Source: Eledone cirrhosa (taxonomy: Eukaryota). Taken from it: a stretch of DNA of 64,000 nucleotides. Shown in pieces: positions 26,860 through 39,762 of this stretch (within the stretch, counting starts at the first letter, position 1; every line of letters starts with the position of its first letter). A model generated the notes under the pieces. It did no database searches. It saw only the letters and a list, made by a program, of their open reading frames with translations, and was not told the DNA's origin. Position numbers and translations under genes: made by a program. The stretch lies in contig OZ024742.1 of the NCBI GenBank assembly GCA_964016885.1, positions 287,556,001 to 287,620,000 on the forward strand, in the 5' to 3' direction.

Positions 26860-27600
26860 TGTAAGGTGTCTCGTGTTCCCAGCAAATAGAATAGAGAAAG
26901 CGTTATCCCGGAGGATAGCGAGAGAGACGCGTTGTAATAGCCATTCCAAATAAAGTAACTCATCCTCATAGGTGACCAACTCCGTCCCGATAGCAGTGAG
27001 TAAGGTGGTAATAAGGAAACCAAGAAGTCTCCATAACTACAGGTTTAACGACAAACCTAAAGGAAAGCGACTGGTACTTGAACTTTTCCGGCTATGAAAT
27101 TGGGATCTGTCACCGATTGCACGAGATTGCCGCTGGAGAAAATGTTGCTGCATATTGCATTCAGATGAGGGGCTGATCACCACAGAACGGGGAGATCGTG
27201 ATCCTATCTGGCGTTTTGCTCTCCCAACGGTTCAATCCCACAAGCTCGAGTTTCGAAAGGAAACCAGCAGTGTCCAAGCCATGTTTGATAATCTCATTGA
27301 GAGTGGCATGGCGTTGGGACTGAGCAGCACTATGATGGCATAACATTAGATAAAGGCCGAAAGCGTCCATTTTAGATCCACATTAGCATTTCTGTTGTTC
27401 CCAGTTCGGAGTCTGAACTTCAGGGAAACACCGATGCACAAATAGTGTCGGGCCATCTGTGTATCGGTTGATAGCGAGGGTGCGACGTTTCGCCAGGCAC
27501 CGCTTTGGGGTTGGCAAGCAAAGTGGAAGCATGTCAGACGTTGTCCGAAGCCTTGTCGCACTGAATTGCATCCCATTTACATTGGAGTGACTGGACGTCC
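26860..27600 (-). pseudogene. CRE-clade LINE remnant: zinc-knuckle + PD-(D/E)xK endonuclease region
   Basis: PQSGAW..; DAFGLYLMLC..RHATLNEIIKHGLDTAG..LELVGLNRWESKTPD; LEWLLQRVSLAILRDNAFSIL. Confidence 0.75.
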
Positions 27601-27740
27601 ACAGAGAGGAGGCCGAGCTAGTTCCACCCACTACCCCATCCAATCTTATCCTAACTATTACTTTCCCTTTTCTCCATTTTGCACACATCTCTGTCTTCAC
27701 TCATTGAGATGTTTAAGTATTAGACTAATTAACCATTAAT

Positions 27741-27792
<52 letters not shown>

Positions 27793-27795
<3 letters not shown>

Positions 27796-27987
27796 TAGTT
27801 CCACAACAATTAGTTCACCATACCGAGAAAAAATGTTTCACCTTATGCGGATCTTCAGCTGAAGATCCGCATAAGGTGAAACATTTGTTCTCGGTATGGT
27901 GAACTAACTGTTGTGGAACTACTTCTTCCAAACTCGTCCCATGGACTGAGTGCTCTACTACTACGGATATACCCTCCAGTGTTCTAC

Positions 27988-27991
<4 letters not shown>
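27793..27991. mobile_element. (TA)n-embedded fold-back mini-element with hammerhead-like core
   Basis: 66-bp arms 27793-27858 and 27859-27924 with no loop; CTGAAGA-tccgcataaggt-GAAAC starts exactly at the axis; tail to 27991. Confidence 0.75.
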
Positions 27992-28032
<41 letters not shown>

Positions 28033-28872
28033 CTCTCACAATCACTTCCAACAACAGAATAGTAAACGAAAGCACAACCACAAACAAAATCATCCAGTAA
28101 ATATTTCATGTCTTTTCAAAATAACTTGAAACTCACAACCAAGAAATAACCTAAGGTTATAGTATAAAACATTTACCCAAGTAGTGGGACCGAACCCTGA
28201 ATCATATGGTTGCGAAACGAACTTCTTAACTGTACAGTCATGACTGCACCTATGTTACATTTTCTCATTATCTTCAGTCGTTTTTGTATTTGAGATAGCA
28301 TGCACTTACTTTTTACTTATTTCTTTCTCCATAGTATTAGTTGTAGACGTAGGCTTAGATTATACCAAGTAAACTGGATAAGATAAATGGTTTTCTTGAT
28401 ATCATTTTATTTCCATTTAAATCTCAGAATGAAAAGAACACATTACTTAGATACTCGTTATTAATCCGCATCTATTCAGAATAAACAGGAAGCCTATTTT
28501 GTGTCCAACAACAACAACAACAACGACGATGACGAGGACGATGACGATGACAATGACGACAAGAAGATGACGATGATAAATTAATCAATTGTCAAAGGTC
28601 TTTTGTAGCAGCATGTAACCTTATCGATGGGTGTGTGTCCTTCGCATGCCGTCTTGGTCTACACGTCATGCTTTCTGCTGGGACGGAGAAGATGTAATTG
28701 CGTGTATAGCTCTTTATATATTTCTAATAGTGCAGCATGCATTTTCCCTCCATTTCTTCAAGCTAATTAGTGAATATACCGACAAAAATTCTTGTATATT
28801 TTGCTCTCCGAAACTATCGTAAAACAATGAATTAAATAACTGCTAAACGTTGTCTTATTTATTTCATTGTCC

Positions 28873-28998
<126 letters not shown>

Positions 28999-29231
28999 CC
29001 TTTGACTTTATTGTATAGAAACTCCATAATATGACAGCTATCTCCATTAGGTGGCTATTGATGTCTGGTTGCATAAGCTGAGTTCGGGAGAATAGATGGT
29101 TCGCGCCTGATTGACGAATTTGGAGGGTGAGTACGGTTTGTTCGGCAGGAGTCGTGGGTACGGGTTGGCGTTCGGCTTAGGTATTTGCTGAGGGTGAGTA
29201 GACTAATTGGAGCAACAACGTTCTTATTTAC

Positions 29232-29299
<68 letters not shown>

Positions 29300-29301
<2 letters not shown>

Positions 29302-29505
29302 ACCTGTTAGTTCTATCGTTACTTTGGAATATTATTGTGTGTTAGATTTTGCCTACCACAATGTTCGATTTGTCAAGCTATTTAAACGTATGTTATTACT
29401 CTAAGGACCTAACTTATCGAGTGCTTTGCTAACTCATCATTTCATATAAGTAGGCCTAATTTGCTTGCAAACCGCAAGAGATTCGATTTTACTAAATTTC
29501 CAATT
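29300..29505. repeat. (TA)n-flanked dispersed repeat
   Basis: Reverse-complement copy at 59369-59573, also abutting (TA)n. Confidence 0.75.
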
Positions 29506-30045
29506 ATATATATACAATTTGTTCAACACATTCATTTGGGATACACACATGGGATTAATTGTAATACAACATTCCCAGCCAGAAGGCTAAGCTATGAAAA
29601 CTGCGTAAATATTGTATCGACAGATTAACATATGAAAACGTTAACGTACGCACAATTTCATCAAGTGAATTAGCCATTATCCTCCTAGTTTAGCACATAA
29701 AAGTCCACGTCTAAGTTGGTACAGTACTGTTTCAAATTCCATGGAGAATCCTCTGGTCATCCATTAATAATAAATCCCTAACCAGCAAATTCTGGACAAG
29801 GGAATTCTCATCAGCCAGCAGTCCTAAGAGGGATTTCAGAAAGTCGACCTTACTACTAAATTTTCAAGTCGGTACCGGTATCCCAAGTATGGCAGTAACT
29901 GCTAGTCGGTTAGTAAATGACAACAGAAGTGGTGGAGCGGCTGGGATTGGTGGTAATGCTTAATATAGTGGCATGACTTCACCAATAGGGAGCACTCGAT
30001 CATAATTAAAGAAAAAATTATATAATGTAAATATAAATATTAATA

Positions 30046-30136
<91 letters not shown>

Positions 30137-30403
30137 ATACTTTGGGAGGGTCATGTTGCTAATAAGAAACACACGCACCAGTTGCTTTCACTTCAATTTA
30201 TTATTATAATAAATTTATAATAAATTTATAAATTTATAAATTTCTGGTTGGTTGGTTCCACAACCAGATAGTTGTTTATATATTGTCATAGTTCTTTCGT
30301 CACACACTCTGTGACCTTTTCAGTGACTGGGGATTCCTTTCTTTGTTTCTGTGCCTCTCCTTTGTTCTGTCTTACGCCATTTTGTTTCAAATTCAGAAAT
30401 GAA

Positions 30404-30474
<71 letters not shown>

Positions 30475-30487
30475 GATATATACATAC

Positions 30488-30653
<166 letters not shown>

Positions 30654-30704
30654 GTTATGAAATACTGTTGGCTTCACGCTCACAATAATTTCTATACTTT
30701 CATT

Positions 30705-30740
<36 letters not shown>

Positions 30741-31015
30741 TGAAAATACTTCCTGTTTATATGTCTGTCGGTTTCTGCCGCATTTCTCTCCGTAGTTTCA
30801 AAAGAAACCTAAACTTATTACGAAAAGTAAGCAGACGATAGTTTATTCTATACCAGACGACAGATGTTATCACTTCCGGTCAAATCGGAGGTTTGGGTCA
30901 GGAGAAGAGGAAGAAGGGGTTGTTTTTCACATCCTCTTTTTATTTATTTATTTGTTGGTTGCATACGACTCCTTCATGGCTCTTTCTTTTCCTATTCAAC
31001 TCCAGTCTTCACACT

Positions 31016-31054
<39 letters not shown>

Positions 31055-31626
31055 CTTTTCTTTAACCTCGTTTCCCATACGCATTGAAACATACACAGAC
31101 ATATTGACTGCGCGCAGGCATAATTTCCCAATCTTAATGTCATTCTTTCTCATTCGTTCTACCTCACAAACACACACACACACACACACAACAACCAAGC
31201 TGCTAGAAATAGCAGCCAAAATCTCACCCTACAATCTTAAATAAGAAAAGAACACTAGATAATGTCGTTCGTGATACCCTTTAAAACAGATGGGAAGACC
31301 ATAATTGGAATGTCTCTGTTCTTATATCTGCTGAATCAGTGTTGACTTGGAGTTAAATAACACACATACACAGAGATACCTACCCAATCTTACACACACA
31401 TATTATCTATCTACCTATCTATCTATTTATCTATCAATCTATCCCCATCTCCCCCCCCCCCCCTCCATCTCTCATATAAACATAGTACATTTTATATATC
31501 TCGCAGTGTTTCAACTTCCTCCTCACTAGCTCGTTAATTTGTTCATTTTTAAAACCATCTTTCTATCTCATAACTCTCGTCTCTCTCATCCACTTTCCAG
31601 CTTTCACACACACACACACACACACA

Positions 31627-31797
31627 ATCGGGGGTAACCACAGCAAGTAAGGTACTCAATATATTAGTAGAGTGTAAACATCTTGTTTAATATAGAAATG
31701 GCTTCTACAGGACTAGAACTGTTTCATTCCTGATGTTTTCTTTTGACGAAACAGTTCTAGTCATGTAGACGTTATTTCTATATTAAACATGATATTA

Positions 31798-31800
<3 letters not shown>
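31627..31800. mobile_element. Fold-back mini-element, family P2
   Basis: Arms ~31684-31726 and 31747-31789; loop has cctgatg...cgaaac; second copy at 52030-52180. Confidence 0.65.
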
Positions 31801-31857
<57 letters not shown>

Positions 31858-32545
31858 TTCTCACTCAATTTTCCAATCTTTCTTTGCCACTCCCTTCCTA
31901 AATATGTGTCTCTTCCTTTCACTGTCTCTCCTCGTTTTTTGTCTTTTCTCTTCACACTATTCACACAGAAGCTGAAACTCACGCATGTCACACATATCTA
32001 CACACACATATACACACATATATATATACACATATATATACACATATAGGCACAGGTGCAGACACATCTGCCAATCACACCCTTATTGTCTTCTCTATCT
32101 TTCTCATTTCCTCTCTTTAAATCACCACACCTTCTCTATATCATTGCACCTCTCTCTCTCCCCTCCCACTCTCACTCTCCCCCTATTGCTCTCTCTCTCT
32201 CTCTATCTATCTCCCTGACTTCATTATTTTCACTTCCAGTTTTTCAGGACGATTTTTGTCAAACTGCTTCCGTTTTGCTTAATTTCCGTCTGCTTTCTCT
32301 TTTCACTCATTCTGCGTAATATATCGTATATAGCATGCCTGTGTGTGTGTGTGTGTGTGTGTGTGTGAGTTTGTGGGTATCTATGTATGTATACACACAC
32401 ACGCACATATGCATCATTCTGTCTCACTTTATTTATCTGTCTATCTGCTTCTCATCTCTCTCTTTACAAACACACACACACACGTGAGTGTTGATCCCGA
32501 GTAGAGTCGGGTGTAACCACAGTAAATATAAGTATATATATATAC

Positions 32546-32584
<39 letters not shown>

Positions 32585-32596
32585 GTACGTATACGT

Positions 32597-33033
<437 letters not shown>

Positions 33034-33266
33034 TGTCAAATCCCGACCGCGGCGCCTAGCGGTTTCGACTTGTGGTATATATATGGTAGTGAGAGAGTGG
33101 AGATTAACATGGTCGGCTGTACAAAATGGGTTTTATTTACAGTATTAACAACTGTTTCATTGATCAGGTGAGTCTAAAGGCCGCTAATCACTCGAAGTTG
33201 CGTCGAAACAACGCCGTACGTTAAAACTATCCATAGTACAGAGTACTCACAACCTCTAACTGTCCC

Positions 33267-33315
<49 letters not shown>

Positions 33316-33318
<3 letters not shown>

Positions 33319-33640
33319 ATAATAATAAATTTGAAGACTAAAATCCAAAGAGGGCTCCATAAGGATCAATATATATCAAATATATAAGAACCGTAGAGCA
33401 AATATTTATTAAAATAACAGTTTAAAGTTTAAGCAAAGAATCGCTGCTTTCACCCTTAACGGGATCTTCTGAAACTAACAAAGTCAATCTGTGAACGCAG
33501 AAGTGAATATTTCAAAAAATGTTGCAACCGGAGGAAGATAGGAAGACGATACTTTGGTTCGTGGAAACGTTCCCTGCCAAAGAACGGGAAGGGTGGAATC
33601 TTTGCTTAAACTTTAATCTGTTATTTTAATAAATAAATAA
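33316..33640 (-). mobile_element. (TA)n-embedded PLE-like mini-element, family P3
   Basis: Inverted arms ~33406-33441 and 33598-33633; homologous pieces at ~14960-15075 and ~15735-15810. Confidence 0.6.
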
Positions 33641-33690
<50 letters not shown>

Positions 33691-33692
<2 letters not shown>

Positions 33693-33925
33693 TAAATTTC
33701 TTTAAGTTGTTTGGAAGCCTCGACAATGCAGATGGGAAAATCTCCGGGTAACAGGATCCGGTGGTAGAGAGAGAGATGTAAGTGGGTGTACGTTGAGATG
33801 CGTGGCGTGTGTAAGACGTGTAGAGGAATGAAGGATAGAGCGCAAAGGATAAAAATAAAAATAACAACACGAGAGAGAGAGTTACCTTGGGAGAGATTTA
33901 ATTGTCCCTATATATTTCGGATTAG
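33691..33925. repeat. (TA)n-abutting dispersed repeat
   Basis: tttggaagcctc.acaatgcaga.ggg.aaatctccgggtaacag...gttaccttgggagagatttaattgtccctat recurs at ~61975-62176. Confidence 0.75.
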
Positions 33926-34303
33926 TAGCTATAACCCGAAAAGAAGAAAAGATCAACATCATCGGTAACTACTGAACCGCAGGTTTTATATCGGAGTTAT
34001 CCTAGTTTCCTGAGTTCCCCTCTCCTAGAAGAATGCCATGACAAAGGCTAGGGGTCCTTCACTCCCAGTGGTTTAACCGCGCGGTACATGTGTATATACA
34101 TATTTACACACTTTTGGATGGCCGTTGACTCTTATGAGTTCTTCCGCCCTTTGTCAGGTTTTGTTTTTTGTCCTGCAGGATGTCCAAAATCACCCTCCTC
34201 ACTAAGTTAACTTGGTGCGGTTGCCGGTTTAGTCGCCGACGAACGGACCATGCGACAGGTTGTACTGGTTTACATATTACCAGTAGCACTGAAGAGTGAC
34301 CCG

Positions 34304-34389
<86 letters not shown>

Positions 34390-34636
34390 GTATATATATA
34401 TATCCTCATGCACACAGATCCACGCACACATAAGTATAACTATCTGTCTATTATTTATTCATTTCTAAACTCATGACTACTGTACTTCCTCCTTCAATTT
34501 TTTTTCTTCTATCCTGTCACACGTTTCCTTCTTTTCAGTTTTCTTTACGTCTTCCGCTCTTCTTTTCCTTCTCCCCTCCTTATCTTCCTTGTCTTACAAC
34601 GAAACTCCTCCTTCCTGCAGCGCTTCTTTCTTTCTG

Positions 34637-34676
<40 letters not shown>

Positions 34677-35677
34677 TATCTCTCTTTACTTTATTCATTA
34701 TTTTTCTCTCTCTCCAGCCTTTCTCTTCTCATTCTATCCGTTTCTTCCTTCCTGTTTTCGTCCGTTCGATCGTTGCTTCCTGCCGACCGTCTTTCCTTCC
34801 TACTTCCTGTGTACATATTCGATTCAATGTTCGTTCATTTCTTCACCTCTTCCTGCTTTGCTTCCTTCAAGCCTGTTCTTCCTGCGCTGAACTTGTGGAA
34901 TAATTATAATTATTGTTATTTAGTATGGCGCGAGCGTGGCTCAACAAGGAAAGTAAGCTCTTAAACTCAGCAATTCGATGACATCGTCGCTATTTCAATT
35001 CAAATTGGAGCATCCTTTCATGTAAGCTTCAGTGCTAAAATATTTGGCAGAAACATGAATATAATAGTCCGTTTTTCCTCCTCACCTCATTAAATTACTG
35101 GTATAAGGCTGAAATGAGAATACAGTGTTTAACACATACATACAAATATTTCAATTCAGACAATAGAAAGATATTTATCACAGGACTAAATTAACAGGTG
35201 GTAAATACTTCACACGAACATTTCCTGTTTATTTGACTTATCCTCGCCCTTCCTATTGTTTAATCTAATCCACACCACGTTACCCCATACCACATTTTGT
35301 ATTCCTCTTTACCATATTTATCTTCCGCTTCACACCTTAATTTAATTGAAGCTTGATATAATGATTCATCTTATTAAAACTGCTTTAATAAACCAATAAC
35401 GACTGCAAGCTTCGAAGTTAACTGTCACTTATAAAACAAACAGCATATTAACTATATACGGTATATGATCTCTTAATTCAGCGTATTTATCACTCAAACA
35501 CCATAACACAAGCACGCACGCTCATGCATATGTATGAGTCCGAAACGTAGAACCCTCCTCCACTTCCTCTAAGCATGAACCTAATAAGATTTCGTATCTT
35601 TGCGTCCCTGTGTCTGTTTTGATTTATTTGTTCAACTATATGTATATATATATATATGTGTGTGTGTGTATGTGTGT

Positions 35678-35744
<67 letters not shown>

Positions 35745-35859
35745 CTGCCAAAAAAAAAAATAAATAAATAAACAGCAAAACCCCAAACGATACAAGCCCA
35801 CACACATAAAACATACATAGACATGATAAACTATAAAGGATAAAGATCCCATAACTCTT

Positions 35860-36122
35860 TGTGGAGTCGTAGAGGGACCGTCATACGGCGTGTCTAGAAC
35901 ATATGTAAACCTGGCAGAGCCCAACCCTCTCCAGGTCTGAACACAGTCGATTTTTTCTATAGAGGAAGAATCGACCCCAGTACTGGACTGGTACTTTTTC
36001 AGCGACCTCGAAAGGCAAAGTTGACCACAGCGGGATTTGAACTCAGAGCGCACAATGAGGTGGGACGAATACCGTAAAGCATTCTATCCGACGTCTTAAC
36101 GACTCTGTCAATTCGCCGCCTT
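35860..36122 (-). mobile_element. SINE family B, long-tail variant
   Basis: gaggaagaatcgaccccagtactggactggtac...gggatttgaactcagagcg...aattcgccgcc. Confidence 0.7.
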
Positions 36123-36640
36123 AAACGTAGACATGACAAACACAAAAACACTTACACCTACACACAGAGAAAGACGCAGGCACAGACACGTAACACAAAA
36201 AACGCACCACAAAACAAAGGCAAGATGGAATAGAAGTTTAAGGCCAGGAAAAAGAGGAGGCACAAGATAAAATATAATCATTGAGGAGGTGACAGAATGT
36301 GTGATGAAAGTACTTTCATAAACAAATGAATAACGAACAATAAAGATAAAGTGAAAATTATATGGTGCGTGTATTTCTTTCTATTTGCAATATTGACAAT
36401 AGAAATATAACATTCTTTTTTTGTGTGACTTGTTTCTTCCAGACGAAACAAAAAGGAAAACAAAGATTACCAGGTAACTAACTTTTTCGTCCATTTTGCA
36501 TTGTTTAGCCTTCTTACATATATCACTTTCCACACCATATATTATATACAATGCTTCAAGCAAACTACGACCGTGTGTTGCCATCTCTTGGTGCGCTACA
36601 TAGCTTCAGAACTAGTCCAGTAACTTCTTGATACTACCTC

Positions 36641-36728
<88 letters not shown>

Positions 36729-37104
36729 GTAATCTGAGTTACCTGGTAATCTTTTGTTTTTTTTTCTTGTTTCGTCCGAAAGAAACAAGTCACACAAAAA
36801 AGAATGTTATATTTCTATTGTCAATATTGTCTGTAGTTCTGTTTACACGTGTCTGCAGTTCTGTTTACATGCCAACACAAGAGCAAGAATGAGGGGCTCA
36901 TTCTACTGACATGGCTTTAAAATGAGGCTTGTTTGCATAATTGCAAACGAATCGAATATTATTATTATATGCGAAAAACTCAGATTACATTTATTGTATT
37001 CAGCCATGTAGAGTGAATTCTTTTTTTAAAATTATATATATGTATAAATATATTAGAAAAGGGAAGTAAGGATTCTATACAAAACAGTGGATATAGAGAA
37101 TATA

Positions 37105-37155
<51 letters not shown>

Positions 37156-37159
<4 letters not shown>

Positions 37160-37419
37160 GTAAGAATATTTTCGAAACAGCGAGTTGGTTTGAAATTATT
37201 AGAAATGTAAGCTATCGCCGTATTTTGACTAAAGAAATTAAAGAAATTATTTAGCCTGATAGTGGAGTTAAGAACTCTCGGAGAAATGGAAAAAGATGAG
37301 TATTGACGTATATGTACGTCAATACTCATCTTTTTCAATTTCTCCGAGGGTTCTTAACCCCACTATCAGGCTAAATAATTTCTTTAATTTCTTTAGTCAA
37401 AATACGGCGATAGCTTACA

Positions 37420-37428
<9 letters not shown>
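37156..37428. mobile_element. (TA)n-embedded fold-back mini-element (116-bp arms + ~40-bp tail)
   Basis: 37197-37312 versus 37313-37428 is a near-perfect reverse complement; TA tracts on both sides. Confidence 0.7.
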
Positions 37429-37497
<69 letters not shown>

Positions 37498-37799
37498 CCC
37501 TATATGTTTCTCCTTTGTGATCATGTAGCAGTTCTTATATGTGTGGGAGATAGATATTCCAATTGGCGTTGCACTTGTGAACTGGTTATAGTATCAAGTT
37601 ACCAGATTGGTCGCTTGATTCATAGTGAGGCATGTATGAACTGTTAGTCTATTTTTTATTTTTTTATACTAGATTTGATTCACTTAGATACTAATTCTAA
37701 TTTTAGATATTTGTACTTTGATGCTGTTGTTATAATGTATCTATATATTAATGAATGTTTAATTAATTATTTGGTGATCTATTTAACATTATGTAAGTT

Positions 37800-38260
37800 T
37801 TCACTATATACTCTACGAAATTTCTTATTAATTTTATGTAAAAAAGAATTACAAATTTCAGAGCGTTTATTAATAATTGTATGTCTACTATCTATGATTT
37901 GTAGAATCTATATAGTACAGAGGTCACATCCCCTAGATATAGATCCATTTATATAAGGAAAAGTATGAGAGAGTTTTGACCAAGAAAGGAAGTATTTCAC
38001 TTGTTTATTTTTTAGTGACCAAATCAGAGCCGACAGGGCCGTGCTAGATCTTTTATCACCTCTTTTAAATGTGTGGCAATGGTTGTACCACGTTTCCTTA
38101 AACCTATTAGAAGTTGCACCAATATATCTATAAGTGTTACTACTCGTTTTTACTTCACTTTCATAAACAATATGTTTCTCTAAACAATTATTTTTCATTG
38201 GGCAACTATTACGATTTCCGCAATTGTAATTATTTACGTTACCGTTCATTGTTCCCTCCC
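37800..38260 (-). pseudogene. Penelope-like GIY-YIG endonuclease remnant (Hydra-clade-like)
   Basis: NC..RNSCPMKNNCLEKHIVY...YIGAT.NRFK..WYNH..TF...STALS..IW.LK...W...CDLC, then after a stop ..IINKRSEI; lies in an insert 37498-38400 bounded by (TA)n. Confidence 0.8.
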
Positions 38261-38395
38261 TGTGTTTGTGTGTCCGTTGGTTTATTTCATTTATGTTAAT
38301 GGTATTATCCCTAAAACTCCGATGAACAAAAACTGTGGAGTGTTTTACATCTGTTAAGGAAAAGACAGCAGATTTTCAATCAACCAACTGTCTTC

Positions 38396-38438
<43 letters not shown>

Positions 38439-38495
38439 TGCAAACACCGGGGGGCTAACGCCCTCTGGTGATGTCCAGCAGAAGCAAGGGGGACA

Positions 38496-38539
38496 ACCAT
38501 CTATGCATTTCAGGCTTAACTGGCCTTCGTCAGGACGGT
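38496..38539 (-). ncRNA. Minimal type I hammerhead ribozyme
   Basis: Minus strand: accgtc-CTGACGA-aggc-cagttaa-gcct-GAAA-TGCA-TA-gatggt. Confidence 0.85.
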
Positions 38540-38699
38540 CCCTCCCACCGCTTGCGACTGCTGGACTAGAAGACAGCTGAGAATATATACTTTTCTCGTC
38601 TGTGTAAATGAGGTGATTAATCTCATTTGCATATGAAGCTGCATAAGTTGGCTCAACCTATAATAAAAAAAAGTCCAGCAGTCGCAAGCGGTGGGAGGG

Positions 38700-38743
38700 A
38701 TCGTCCTGACGAAGGCCAGTTAAGCCTGAAATGCATAGACGGT
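38700..38743 (+). ncRNA. Minimal type I hammerhead ribozyme
   Basis: atcgtc-CTGACGA-aggc-cagttaa-gcct-GAAA-TGCA-TA-gacggt; predicted cleavage after A38737. Confidence 0.85.
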
Positions 38744-38916
38744 TGTCCCCCTTGCTTCTGCTGGACATCACCAGAGAGCGTTAGCCCCCCCCCCCCCCGG
38801 TGTTTGCATAGCTACGGCTTCCTAAAAGTGTATTTCTTTGGAGATACGAAATATTTATACATATTGTATAAAGCTATGCTTGAAGCGAAATCCTTTTTCT
38901 ATATATATATATATAT

Positions 38917-39036
38917 ATAAGTTGAAAAAAAATGAAAACGAAATTTCATTTCTCACTCTTTGTATGGCACTTACTTAAATGTAAGTATGTATGTATACGT
39001 ACATACATATATGTATACAGACGTACAGTAGCATGC

Positions 39037-39069
<33 letters not shown>

Positions 39070-39516
39070 TATACATATATACATACAGGTACACATACAT
39101 ATATGCACGCATCAGTTTAGCGGACGCTTATTATAACGCCGCTTTGTTCGTTTGTAAACAAACTGAACAGCCTGAATTTATGCCATACGGTGTTAACGCA
39201 ACCACGTCACCTTTTTGTTCAACACTGACACAGGAACGATGTACTAGTTTCAAGCTTGTTAGCTATCATCAGCACCGTTTACCCATCTGCCAGATAGTTG
39301 AACGTTCGAAAGTATATACTTTCCTTATGAAAATTAACGGCTGAGCAGCCTAATTTGCATATTGAGTGAGTTAAATCGGTCAGGCATACCGAAAACGATA
39401 AGTTGAAAAAAAAAATGAAAACGAAATTTCATTTCTCACTCTTTGTATGGCACTTACTTAAATGTAAGTATGTATGTATACGTACATACATATATGTATA
39501 CAGACGTACAGTAGCA

Positions 39517-39582
<66 letters not shown>

Positions 39583-39620
39583 TATACATATATACATACA
39601 GGTACACATACATACATACA
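38917..39620 (+). repeat. Partial tandem duplication (38917-~39105 and 39398-~39620)
   Basis: ataagttgaaaaaaaatgaaaacgaaatttcatttctcactctttgtatggc... occurs twice; a diverged inverted copy lies at ~59155-59245. Confidence 0.8.
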
Positions 39621-39645
39621 TATGTATGTATATATATATATATAT

Positions 39646-39762
<117 letters not shown>

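Larger units (their letters stand above)
38435..38899. mobile_element. (TA)n-embedded inverted-repeat mini-element with two hammerheads
   Basis: Arms 38435-38567 and 38672-38812, ~105-bp spacer, ~85-bp tail. Confidence 0.8.

Noticed and set aside
29620-30000. Possible BEL/Pao integrase-tail remnant on the minus strand (QNLLVRDLLLMDD...KLC)
   Set aside because: Similarity is too weak and interrupted to call without a profile search.
36480-36643. Possible mariner-type MITE right end (..aacttcttgatactacctcaTA)
   Set aside because: No matching left TIR found.
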